Positions 11,540 to 25,500 of a DNA stretch of 64,000 nt are shown piece by piece (positions within the stretch are counted from its first letter, which is position 1; each line of letters opens with the position of its first letter). Under the pieces are notes generated by a model, which saw only the letters and a list, made by a program, of their open reading frames with translations, was not told the DNA's origin and made no database searches. The translations under genes and the position numbers were made by a program. The stretch comes from Auanema rhodensis (taxonomy: Eukaryota > Animalia > Nematoda): contig OZ059898.1 of assembly GCA_964057225.1 (NCBI GenBank), forward strand, positions 3,906,001 through 3,970,000, read 5' to 3'.

Positions 11540-14479
11540 ATTTGTATCTCTTCCTTTCATAAACTCTTGGTAAATCTCAATCAATCTTTTTTTCATGTTA
11601 TTATCGCCTTTCCGTGAATCTATTTGTCTACATCTTTTATCATATCCTTTTCCTTTCATTTTCCCGTTACGTAATGTTGTTTGGGATTTACGCCGAGACC
11701 AGTCAAGCTGGCAAGCATTTCGAATATAGTAATCACTCGAATTATCTGCGTAATTCAAGCTTATTAACATTTAATTAAAGATTAAAGTTAATGTACTTTT
11801 CCTTAGGCTTTTGTTCATATCTGTCTTAAACACCTTTTTTTTCATATTTAAAAATATATTCAAAGCATAGTATTGCATAAAATATTATTTTATAAAATTC
11901 ATAGTTTATCATAATATTGTAATTTTTCTCGATAATGAATTTTTCTTGTCTAATAATTAAAATACTTTCAATCAATCAATTAATCATAATAATATTATTC
12001 AAATGTTGTTATAGATTATATTATAATAAATATTAATATCAACTAACTCATTTAACCTTGTTATATAAATATTTTTGTCCTTTGATGATACACTAGCTAG
12101 CTGTACATCACCAGATACCCAATAAACAAATAATTATGTTGATTTCGGTGCCATATCCATATCAATTGATCCGGTTACTAATTGCATTTATTTATTATCA
12201 TCGTTTTACGGACATATATTGACAATGGACATGACAATTTCATAAAGATGATATGCTTTCATGTATATCTATGTATATGATGCATCTACATAGATATCTA
12301 CATTAGATATACATATATACTATATATAGTAATATTATTATTATACATATGTGCTATATATAGTATTCACATTATAAAAATATATTATTAACTATTTATA
12401 TTATAAATTATCTCAAAGTTCATCATTATTATTGTTACTTTTCTAGTTTTCTATTCTTTTTGATACTTCCTGTGATCTTTCGACATCTTGATTTGCAAGC
12501 TTTTACGCCAAGGTCAGGATTTTTAATTCTCGCTTTATTAACACCAGAAAGATTCTTCTGGCTGGTTTTGGCAATCTTATCCAGTTCAAAGTAAATTTCA
12601 TTATTTTATATATCATTCGATTTCTAACTTTTTACTTTCATAAACATATGCATACATCGTTTATTTATATATTTTTGTACATTTCAGCTTTTCATATTCA
12701 TTTTCTTTTAGGCTTCTTAATTTTTTCTTCATTTCCTATTCTTTATATCATTAAATATAACTACTTTTTGATTTTTTTGACCTCATTCACGAGAATAAAT
12801 CTCCAATAATACTTCATGCCCTTTAATATACTGGTATACAGTTTTCTTATCGTATTCCTTTATCGAATTTTCTCAAATCGCAAAGTTCTGAATTGATTTC
12901 TTTTTTTATATTTTCAAGCCATTTATTCTATATTACTGATTATTCTTATTACTTCCTATTTTTATTTTTTTCAATTATAATTAAATTTAAGATTTTAAAA
13001 ATAAAAATATACATACATAAGTGGGAAATTTTACTCAAATATTTATTTTAAAATAGTTTTTTCCCAATTTATGGTTTCTATTATTATGATACATTATAAT
13101 CAATTTGATATTTCTCATTCTATAACAGTTGGGTTACGTTTTCATTACTCATATGTACCTACCAACATCATTGTTGTTCATATAGCTTAAACTGTTTCTT
13201 ACAACTTCCAATCATTAATTTCAATATTATATCTCTTGATATTTTATAAATTATAATCATTTCTTAACAGTTCTGATTGATGGCTTTCACATAGCTACAT
13301 ATTTCTCCGTTCTTCTTAATCTATTTAGTCTTTAAAATCTATTTATCAGGTTTGCCATCTTCTCAGTATGTTCTACTCTTCGTCAAACCATCTGATCTAA
13401 ATTGTTTGATTTTCACCAAATCTTTAGTGCTTTCTATGAGTTATTCCTATACAAATGTATCTTTCAATTTGTCTTAACATTTCCACTTCCTTCATACACT
13501 CTCTTTCAGTATTTATCTAATTCTATTTTTCAAACAGTGGTTATCGTAAGTTTCCATCATTTCTAAATGTTGACCTTTTAATGTTCAAAATCATGAATAA
13601 CAGACAAAAAACCTTTAATCTTTTCAAATATCAAAGTTATATATATATATATAATCAATCGGATTTTCACTAATATATACTATATATAATGTATATATAG
13701 TTTATATACATGAAACAGAAATCTTCAAGTCAAATCTTATCTTATTTCTCTTCTTTTTTGTTATTTAGCTTCACTTGTCGGCAGAATTGAAACGTCAGAC
13801 ATGATTTTCAAAAAAAACTGTCTTCTTCTCATTGTAAGTTCCGGCCTAAGTTAACAAAGAGAATGGCAAAATGTGAAGATCATTGATAGTATATGTTCGA
13901 TAATGTTAATAGTTATTCGGGAAATGAAAAGAATGTTTTTTAAAGGCACTTTATTTGATTTTATAGTTATCAAACTTACTCTATCTAATCTTTTAAACTT
14001 TGTAAGTAACACAATTTTAATTTTACTCTTCGTGTTACCATTTTTTATTTGTTCAAACCTTCTTCTTCTACATTCACCCTCCATTGTATTTGTCCAATCA
14101 TGATGACTACACTGCCACCCACATATTCCGAGAGGTAAATGTATTCATATTCTCTTGTGTAAAATCATTTGATCACATAGTAAACATTTATATTGTAAGT
14201 GATAAATAAATAAATACAAAAATGTTTTCAATCTGTCATAAACATATTTTATTTACCACACAGATTAAACCAACTTACAATTACTCCATAAACTAAACAT
14301 TAAAATGTATTTAAACTTCAAAAATTGTTTCCTGTATCATACGATCAAAACTTCTTTTCTTTTAACTTTTCTTTAAAATGTTATCGAAAAAATAATCTTT
14401 AATATTCCATTTTATTATATTTTCATCACATTTTATTAATTATCATTTAGTAATATTATAATATAGTTATATATTGTAA

Positions 14480-14517
<38 letters not shown>

Positions 14518-14901
14518 AAAAAATATAACCTCTGAAATCAACCAATACTTATTGTCCAATCGTTATTTCAAAAGTCATATACTTTCTATCTTTCTTGCTT
14601 CATTCTCTAATCTGTTATGACATTTGGTTACTTACTATGATGGCTTGAAATTATTTACTATAACTTCGCCCAATTTGTAACTTCAAGGTGTGACTTCTCT
14701 CAAAAAAATACCCAAATTTTCATATTCCTTTCATTTTCAAATCAAATAAATTATGATGTCATTTTATCTTCTTCATTTTCATTCCATCTTACTCATCATT
14801 GTGTTTCTTCTAATTCTGACTAATGTTCTATATCTCACATATTTCAGCGAATTTTTGAATTCCTAGCCTATTACTACAAGGAAAAGTTCGAATATTGCAA
14901 A

Positions 14902-16650
14902 ATGTGGTCTGCGTGGTTTGGCGGTTACGCTCAACCCTCGGACTTTGCAACAGCTGAATCCCCTTCTGTAAATTTCCGGGCTATTGTGGTTAGTATTTTT
15001 TGGTTCTGTTTTTGTATTTATCAGGGAACAATTGAAATTATAAATCAACAAAACCTTGCTTTTACGAAATCTTATCACTTTTAGGTATCATCGATTTTTG
15101 TAATACCTTATATATCATTTCTTATAATCTTACCTGGAGTTCGCCAAAAACGAATTATAACACTCATTGTTTTCACGATAACGACAATTGTTGGAGCTTC
15201 ACTTGCAGGTAAAATTTAAATTTCATTTTTCTTTCTGTATACATGCGTTGTTTGCTTTATAAACGTTTGAGCTATTTTTATATTTACAGCTTCATTATAC
15301 TGGCCTGGCTGGGCTGGTGGTTCTGCTCAGATAGTTGCACAATTTAGGTATAAGTTAATCTATAATAGCATATAAAATATTTTTTTAATGTAGAAGCCAT
15401 GCTAACGAAAGAATACTTGCGAAAATAGGAGTTCATGTAGGATTGCAAAGCATTAACGTGACTCTGAAACGTTAGTTCTGCATTGGAAATGAAAGTGAAT
15501 TTTCTTTCTTTTAGATGAAAGCCTGGTTTTCACTGACGACTTTAGTTCAACAATCGATTGGAATCATTTATCTTACAACGAAAAATTCGATATAAGTGGA
15601 GTTTCAAGCATGTCTGAAGCACTACATTCAGCATATGAGCATGGATTGCCATATCCGATGCTCAGTGTTTTAGAATACTTTTCCCTTAATCAAGATGCTT
15701 TTGATTGGGGACGACATTACCGCACTGCTGGTCATTATACACATGCTGCTATAGTGTATGATACAGATAATAAAATATTATAATATAAGTTAAAACCTTC
15801 AGATTTTCTTTAAGTTGCTGGTGTTTATCTGTTACCTTCTTACTTTTCTTACCTCATCATTTTGGAAAGGTAGATCATGTTCTTCTACGTCTAAATATTT
15901 CTTCAGATAAATTACTCTTATAAATATATTTTTAGGGCTTCTTGGTAACAGGCTTTTCTTCTTTATTCGCATGTTTGCTTTACTTAATAATGTCCCCCTG
16001 TCAACTTCGTATTGGATTTGTTGGTGTTGATGGGCAAAGAATACATCTGGATATGAGCTTCCAGTGGGCGTTTTATCTGATTTTTTCAATTGGTAGACGA
16101 TAATTAGTATATAAATATACTATTTCTTTTTTTTTAGGTCTTCTTGCACTGATTTCTGGATTGATATTGATTGTTTTGCAAAATTTCCGTGTATATACCT
16201 TATCGACATTCTTGGAAGCTCATTTAGACGATACCGTAGGCCCAAAAAAGCGAAATAACCGAGGGTTTGAGAACATTGATGTTGCGAATAATGTTGATGT
16301 ATTGATATATTCGTTAATATCTTTTTCTATTTTGGAGATTTTTCAGGTTATGAAACGATGTAAAACAGTGAGCTCTTCTCCTGGTTCAACGACTGACGAA
16401 AAGTTTAATGATGAAAAGCAAAGTGGAGGATCGAGCGGATTTCAATCGCGCAGCAGTTATTCTTCTAATAGTTTACGGTAGTTTGAGTTCATGAAGGCAT
16501 ACTTTATATAATTTTTTCAGAAGTCATTCGGGCTCGTTTGAATCGGTGCATGATGCAGCAGAATTGGAACGTTCAGTTTCACAGCTTACGATTTCAGACA
16601 GTCCACCTGTTCAAAGGCACATATCTTTATCTGTTAATAGTCTTAGCTAA
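14902..16650 (+). CDS. doxa-1: Dual oxidase maturation factor (DUOXA family), multi-exon
   Basis: Joined exons contain FLIILPGVR, KIGVHVGLQSINVTL and YNEKFDISGVSSMSEALHSAYEHGLPYPMLSVLEYFSLNQDAFDWGRHYRTAGHYTHAA, all DuoxA hallmarks. TAA at 16648-16650. Confidence 0.95.
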
Positions 16651-19600
16651 ACAACATTGTCTCATATTTTAACAAACTTTTTGATCTTTTCATTGTTTTG
16701 AAAAGTATCTACGAACAAATATACAAAGCTTAATCATGATATTCTTTATTTCTTTCATCTAGTCAAAATACAATATGATGTGGCATACATGCATAGGTTC
16801 AACTGTTCCCATTTTTATAAGATACATTGAATGACTTTTCCGTGTATAATTCATTTACTAACACATAACCAGTTTTTATTTAAAATTACTATAACTATGC
16901 TATTCATGATAATTACAATTTGTTTTTTCTCACCTGTTACTATGAAATCCTTTGGAGTATTTTTACAAAAATCGAATTGTATATTTCATTTCAAATTTAT
17001 AGTCATTTCATCGACAACTCTTCTTCGATCTCTCTTAGTTTTACATTTTTCTTTTCATTTTTTCACAGCAGCTTTTTTGTAATTAGAAATCAATTTATAA
17101 CTTATGATTGCTGTTTTGTTTTCCCTTTCTTTGAATGTATTACGAATCGCTTAGATCTCATACTGGAGCTTCAGCACATAAAGTTTGCTTCTTTCATTAT
17201 GTTTTACTTTTTTAACCAATCATATATAAAATTTTATTTTAATGATATAGCAACAAAAAAAACATTTATTTAGAAAGAACACAAGAGAACAAGAGATTTA
17301 TTAAAAAACGAATGAAAAATCAATATATAAAACTAATATTATACTAAAGATTAAGAATATAATCACAACTAAGATGAATGATATTCCAATTTTTATGACT
17401 ATACTATAAACATTTGTATGTACATATACATTTATATAAAATTATAAAACTATGAAACGAATAACAAAAATTGTATGTAAACATTTTTTTTTAATTTATT
17501 CATAACTTATATTTTTCAACATATATTTATTAAATTCTTATAAAATAATTTTATTTATTATACCTTCTTCGAGTTCGTCTTAAAGTATTATTACATATTG
17601 AAAGCATTGAGGGCAATATGAGTACTTCAGCATAAGTAAACTATTTATTGAAATATTGATTATTAAAGATGTTATCTTCTATTTTAATAATATGTTATGC
17701 AAATAATATCTATTTGAGATTTTAATGAATATCATTTATTATAAAAATTGTGAAGTCATTTTGAAAATATTCCAAAAAACAACTAAAAAATATATTTTTA
17801 TTTGTTATATATGGTATTAATTATTAAATTTAACCTCATAAGCTATGAAAATATATAAAAGATGATCAATTTGGTGAAGTTTGCATTTTGTTAAGTAAGA
17901 AAAAGTGTAGATTAAAAGATTTATTATTGAAGCTTTTCGTTTTAGTATTTTAGCTATGATTTCACAAATAATTCAATTTTTTGTTTTCATGCTGAAAAAT
18001 AATTTCAAATTCTTTGAATATTTTATTTCAACATAAGAAAAGGAAAAATTCTAGTTGTTTTCTTAATGAAATTATAGTTAAAAGTCAATACACTGAACCA
18101 TTTCAATATTGAGAATAACTGAAGTTTTTTTTCTTGCAGAAAAACGAGAAAGAAAATCAAAAATATTCTTAATAGCAAGCGTTAGATTCTTTCTTTTTTC
18201 CGCTTTTATTTCTGCATATGTACATATTTATGTTCTTATTCTAATCGTTTTCCAAATACTGCTCTCTCCCCAACGTGTAATAATGAAAAAAGCAAGAGCT
18301 ACGTATATACTCGATTTGCTGTATTGAACCACAAAATATACATATTTTCTAGTATTATGTACTCAATTTCAATTGTCTGCTCCAATTTTAAATAGTCTTA
18401 ATAAAGTTAAAGCTTTCTTTCTTTCTTGTTGTCATATGTACGTATGATATGTATAGTATATCAAGTTCACATTGCGATGTATATCAAATACTTTATACTG
18501 CATGCATTTGCAAATTAGTTGTTTTCGTCAGAATTTTAAAACACAAAATAGAGAATTCAAGATCTTTCGACTTAGATATTTAGTAACCAACGTTCAAAAA
18601 ATCTTTTCATAACATTCAACATTCATATCTTTGCATATATTTTCCGTGAGAATTTATTCATATTATAAAATGAATTCGTTTCTTTCTTAAACAATCATTA
18701 CGCTCTTCGTTTGTTTATTACTTATATAAAGTCAATATAATAAAGTTTTCTTAGATTTTGTTATGTCTTCATGCTGTTGCTGCGGATACCTCTACTGGAA
18801 GTAGTTGCATAAATGTGCTTGCCTGCTACCACCTTTCCTCTGAATCTCCTTCACGTCACACTCTCTTATTCTTCCTCTTCCTCTCTCACTATTTCATAGT
18901 GTTATACTCTCAGATGCTGAGATTTGTTATATATGGCTCTGACAGACTGACTCCATCATTCGAGCTCTTGCCTTCTAACCATCGTCGTTTCCGTCTCCTC
19001 TTGTCAACTCATGCAAACAAATTTGTATGGGCTAATCTTTTGCCTGAATAGAAGACTATGTATATAGTTCGTCTTCATATCTATATCTTTTCGAGAGCTG
19101 CGTAGTTTTATCAATTTTTCTTCAAACTATTGAGTGAAATGATTATTTACCATGAGCAACCCAAATATGAATGTATATCCCTCTAGGAACTTTTTTAGCC
19201 TTGTGATCAAACTAATTAAAATAATAGACCAAGGCAAATTATTTTCTGCGGATACTATGACATTCTCTCAGCTCTATCTCAACAACACTTTTCAATTCAA
19301 AGTCGATTTTAAGTCAACTGTCTCTCTTTTTCTCTCTCTCTCTCTCTCTCTTTCTTTTCTCTATCCCTCTCCCTATCTTCCAGTATCTTTCAGTATCTTA
19401 CTTGTTTCTCTTCAAGTAATTTACATTTCATGAGATGTAAGACTAATATATAAAGGATCTTCCTCTGCTATATCCATTTCTTGCTTTATGTTTTATAGGA
19501 GATTCTGAAAATATTTTGGAAATTTTTGATTTTTCCCAAGTCATAAAATTGGTTAGATTTTGACCATAAATATTACAAATGACTAAATTTTCTCTTCAAT

Positions 19601-19700
19601 AATACCAATGCTCTAATACATTTCTTTTCCTTTTCCAACATCCAAAAGGTAAGAGCAAGTTATTCAAACATATTGAATATATGTGTCATCTTCTTGTTAG

Positions 19701-19733
<33 letters not shown>

Positions 19734-20384
19734 TATATACTACTTTATAGTAATATTCTTTATTATATTATTATAGTTGGAATTCCTGATTTTAAAAAAA
19801 ACTTATCAAACTTGATCAGTTAATCTTTATCTCATCTTCCAAATTTTAATCACTCACAGTATTAGACTAATTGAAAATTTCAAATATATGTATATTTAAT
19901 ATTTTCTCTTTGTTATATTTTTTTCACTTATATTTGAAAATTCTTCTGTGTTTTATACTTTATTTACTATTCTCTTATCAAATCTTCTTTGTTCTTACCT
20001 CACAATACCAATTTATATAAAAAAATAGAAGTTCATCCATTTACAACAACGCAAGTTCCTGCTTGACTCAACTACCTTGATCTTGTTTACTACTATACAA
20101 CAAGGATAGAACCAATTCCGCTTCCTAAAGCAGCAAACATACATTTTTCATTCTTCTTTTCATTTTTCATTATCAGTTACTTACAACAATTAGGTTATTT
20201 AGCTACTGAAGCCATCAGCATTTTCAATAATTCTCCTTTTCCTTTTTTAAATTTCAATAGTCCGAAATAACATATTTTAATAATTATAGAACATCGATTT
20301 TACTTCCTATTTCATGCAGTTGGCATTTGATAACAACAGATCAAGTTTAATTATCTGACTGGCACATGCTTAAATGAGTTAAAT

Positions 20385-21999
20385 ATGTCCACATCTAACT
20401 TAGAACAAGAATACGTGCATGATGTATACAAACGTTTGGCTAATTATCAACAAAGATCCATCTCGGAGAATAGACCATCTTCACCTAGGCTATGGCCTAA
20501 TATAAAAAAATTCATGGATCAAATATCACCAGGGAGTCTGATTATAGATGTTGGTGAGTATTTTATTACAATTTAAGTACCTTAATTTTATAGTTTTTAT
20601 AAGTTTTTAAAAATACAACAATAATTCAAATCAGAAATTAAATTTTGAATATGATACAGAATTAAATAGAATGTGCAGTCAGGTCCATAAAAGCAGTTAG
20701 TTCTTCACTGACTAGATGTTTTCTGGTGGTTCTGAAATTGGAATTAAAACCGTGTGAAGAGATGATTGCCATTATCATTGAGTAGATAGTACTTTTGTTA
20801 TATCATTGAATTTAAAGAAGAAAAAATGATTTTCGTATTATCTAATTCTACACAAAACACAGAAATCAGATATATGATGTACTCGAGATATATATAATAT
20901 TTTTAGGATGTGGAGAAGCTAAGTATACTTCTCCGTCATGCACAGTATTTGGAATTGACACATGTAGTGATGTTCTAGTCAGTGCAAAACAAAAAGCTAA
21001 CGTTCAACTAATATTGGGAGATGCATTATTTCTACCTTTCCGGTAATTCAGAATTAAAAACATAGAATCTCTATAGTAATATGTCAGAGATGAATCAGTA
21101 GATACAGTTTTGTTGGTATCTGTTTTACATCACATATCTACCGTTCAAAGACGTCGAACTGTTTTAACAGGTGTGCTTTAACATACCGTTAACAATCTCA
21201 AATTCATTCCTCAATCAAAAACCTGAACAAATATATTCTTCATTCTTAATTGATGCTAGCGTTCAAATGGAAAGTTATTAACAAGAAATACATTATTAAG
21301 ATGCCATAAGATGCTTACGACAAGGTGGCCAAATGATTATTTGTGTTTGGGCATATGAGCAGCCTAATGCTCAATTTCCTTCACAAGATGTTCTAGTTCC
21401 TTGGAAGATGAACGAACATTCTAACGGTAATTATCTTTAAAACTTGTGAAACTATGAACTGTGATTATAGGCAAACTACCAGTTGTTAGATTCCATATGG
21501 ATTCAACTAAAGAACAAAGAATTATAGAAGTAAGTTCAGTGAAAAGCATGATACAGTGTCAATATATTCATTTCAAGGCGTCGATTCCTATTAATATTAA
21601 TAGAGAATCATTCTGCTCTTCAAATTGGTTCAGTTCAATGTTAAATAAGGTTTTTATTAGAAGCAACTTAAATTATTTGTTTTTTTCAAATTTAGTTTCA
21701 GATAGGAAATACTGGAATACCATTTTTATCTAATCACAATACAACTGGAGTATCACCACCTTCATCAACTACACTATTTTTCCCCAGTTCCCGACGTTCC
21801 TCTCTACTTTCAGGAATAAAGAAATGGACTCCAATGTTTGGTGGGTTTTTTCCATATTGTTGTGACCTTGTTGACCATATGTAGGCCGGCGACTAGCTTC
21901 TCTACTTCTTCCGATTGAAGAACAATTTGCTGATGAAATGTCTGAAAAGATTATGCAAGAAGCCATAGTTGAAACCATGGCTCGAACAAGAGATGTACG

Positions 22000-22039
<40 letters not shown>

Positions 22040-22204
22040 TATATTTTACAGGTCGCATTATATCGCTATTATCATGTATTTCGGAAAGGTGAATTAGAAT
22101 CTCTATTATCTACAATACCAGGTGTTCGAATCATACAGTCTAACTATGAACATGCCAATTGGTGTCTTATTATTGAGAAGGTTCATGATTCAATTAGGCC
22201 ATGA
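20385..22204 (+). CDS. TRMT9B: Class I SAM methyltransferase, TRM9/TRMT9B (KIAA1456)-like
   Basis: LEQEYVHDVY, WPNIKKF, motif I IIDVG|CGEAKY, GDALFLPFR, VSVLHHIST, VWAYEQ, QDVLVPW, YRYYHVFRKGEL and YEHANW. No RRM or AlkB domain, so not ALKBH8. Confidence 0.88.
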
Positions 22205-22561
22205 ATTTGTAAATTTGACATATTAACATCTATTTATCACAGAATCTTTTTTGAACAAATAAATTTGAAACAACAATCGGACCTCGCAGTATTGCAATCA
22301 TGCGATTTATCACACATGAAGAGAGAAACAACACGAGTGATGAAGTAATGAGAAAAGAATTAAAAAAAGGAAAACTTGTGAGATAGTCCACCGGTTAATA
22401 AATTCAAAAAACCTACTATTCTGAACATACGCATATGGAAAAGGACAAGTTAGACATCTATGCAGTTTTTCATTATAAACTGAGGATTTAAACAAAAACA
22501 ATAAAACAATAACATAAACTAGAAAAAACACAACAAATAGTGATAACTAAACAATCTTGTC

Positions 22562-25500
22562 TTATATCCAAGCTCTTTCTTTTAATCTTAAGGAGAATAC
22601 TCTCTGAAAAATATGAAATAGTATATTACTGATTCTTACAAAATTACCAAGTCTTCTAATGCTGCTTCGTACGATTTGAAACAGCGATCTCGAACCATTG
22701 ACTCATGCATTTTCAGATATTTCGCAGCATTCTGAATATAGTTGAATCATATATTTAATATTGTTCTTGAACCTACCGGGCTCCAATCATTTGAAATTTC
22801 GGGGAAAAAAACATCTTTGCAGGATTCCAGGAGCTTTTTGAACTCGCAAACTCGAGCAGCCAAAACCTTGCAGAAAACTTTGATGCTGCGTAAAATTGCT
22901 TGGCACCGTTCAGTGAACGCTGGTTTATTTCCTGCGCTTTGTTGTCTCTCCGCTATTGTGACAATTATTTGAATCATAGCAAGCGATTGTACAAAGAACG
23001 AGAGCTGATATATATTGTCTTGGAAGGTAAATGGAGTAGTGGGAACTATAGTAGGAATAAGGATAGCTAAAAAAGGAAATTACCATTATTATTTCTGACA
23101 AAAACCTTACAATGCATTCTTTCTACAAACTCCTCATCGGTAAATGTGAATGCTCCAAGAGAATCTCCTCCATTATATTTAAGAGTAATGATTTCTTTAG
23201 CTAGATTAAGAAAATCCACCAACAGCTCAGTAGATGAGCAATGAAGCCAGAGTTCTAAACGACATGGTGTAGCGGACTGCATAACTCGAGACTGAAATAA
23301 TAAGTGTTCAGAATATAACAGTAACAGCTTCTAAACTATTTCACGATTTTTCGGATATCGTTCTTTACACTCAGACCACAAATCTGTAAATGCATTCACT
23401 GCTTTCTGAACATCTCCAGCTGTTAGATTATCCTTCCCAAGAGCAGCAACAGCTTGACAAAGAACATGCCTTAATTTTACCATAGCTACCTGAAAACCAA
23501 TATTAATGATAATGAAAATAAAAAATCCATACAAATTCAGTATGGCTTAAATCTCTATGTTTAAATATCTCTTCCTTCAAATCGTCTGATTCGTAGGATG
23601 GGATAATAGTAATATCTCTATTATCGGCAATAGAACCCCAGCCTCAAATAAGAAACAATTAAAAAATAGGAAGCATAAACAAACAAATAGGATCGTCATC
23701 TCCATGAAAAGTGTTCACGATTTCATTCAAATCATGCATCACTAGTAAACCGGACAAATATCGGTTAGTGACATCACCACCAAAAGCCTATATGGTTCAA
23801 TAAATATTAATTTATAATATTAAAATTACTAAAGAAGAATTTCGCATACGGTCATCCAATTCTACTAAGCCTTTTATCTGGGCAAATGTTCCATTTTTAT
23901 ATGCACCGATAAGACTTTCATTGATCTATGAAAAATATTATAGTAAATTAATGAAAAGACACAAATACATCGCGCTCAGCCTGGGTGTACATGTTGGTCA
24001 ATTCAGTATAATGAACTATACCGTGGTTAAACCTTAAGTAAATAATAACAAAAATAACATAATTCTTAATTACCGTCCAGATAAAATGTATAGTGGGAAT
24101 AGCTGATGTCCTAAGGTATCCTTTTGCATAGATTTTATATCAAGAGCTGTTGTTAATGCGATAAGCCTATGCATATTGCCTTTAAAATATTAAGAATTCC
24201 AAGCATTTGTATTACTAAAACTAACCAATATGGCCATAAGCTCTACACAATACAAGTTTAGAGAATGGATCCGGCGAATTATCACTTGCTATATTTTCTA
24301 GTAAAAGAATTACTTCATAAAACGATTGCCAGTCATCTAAAAACAAAAAGCACAGTTGTTTAATAAACATCAGATGCTTCCCATTCTCCTTCCACTCCTT
24401 CCAAAGAATAGAAGCAGCCAATTGAGCTATATCTGCAGATGCAAAACCAGAATTACCTCGCTAAAGGTTATTAGTGATAAAAAGAGGAAATATTTTGACG
24501 GTTACCTGTTGTAGCATTTTCATGAAAATTTCACACAAATTTCTCTTCTCAGACATACTCATTTTAGCTACAAGACCTAATTTTATACGCAAACGTTGTA
24601 CGAAAATATATGGTCTAATCCCGTTTTCCTGTCAAAAAAAATAGTATTAACAACAATATGGTAACTTACTGTGTCCTTATCCTCTATATCATTTGCAATT
24701 TTATCTACCTCATTGTAAAACTTCAACAACTGTGTTTCACTTAACAAGCATAAATACTGGAACAGAATAGAAAGTCAATATGCTATGAATTCAAACCTTT
24801 TCCATGTCGGCGAAACAACATGGTTTTGTTGAGAAACGGCGGAAATAGGCCATCATAAGATCATATGGTTCTCCTGGGATGTTTTATTTAAGTTTTCATT
24901 CTAAATACATACCTAATCTTGAACCTAAGTTAACCCGAATTGATTCCTCTTTATTGAGTAATCTTGTCAATAGTTCCAATCTAGCCATATAAGGACCTCT
25001 ATTTTTGCCTCCTAATGAGCAATGAGAAGTTACGGCATGCACAACTTCATCAAGAGTTCTGAACTGATAATAGAACAAACTTTAAGAATAATAATCATAC
25101 AGCTTCTTTTTTCCTTCAGATGAATCCGAAGATAATACAGCAAAAGCTGTATCGAATAAGAGAGTCCATAAAATCCAATCATCATTACTGAATAAAATAC
25201 TTTTAAAAGTGTAATGCATGATAGCTACTTCTCTTTCAGCGCCTCAACAGTTCTTTCCATTGTCATGGTGAAATTTTTATCCGAAAAGAGTAAGTGAAGC
25301 CGACGACTCATAACATGCTGTTAAAAAAAACAATGGGAAAACCAAATAGCGGAATAACTTACGTTTGGTGGACTTGAAGCAAATTGCTTATAAGTATCAG
25401 AACAAAGAAGTTGTTCCGCTTCTCCATATCTCTCTAAACCTTCCAAAATCAAAAGATACAATTCCATATCTTAATAATAAATTTAAGTACTTCTTAAAAA

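Noticed and set aside
9513-11770. LS- and RE-repeat ORFs
   Set aside because: Translations of CT/GA microsatellites.
14095-14120. mir-34 gene
   Set aside because: No complementary arm on either strand, so no hairpin; treated as a target-like site instead.
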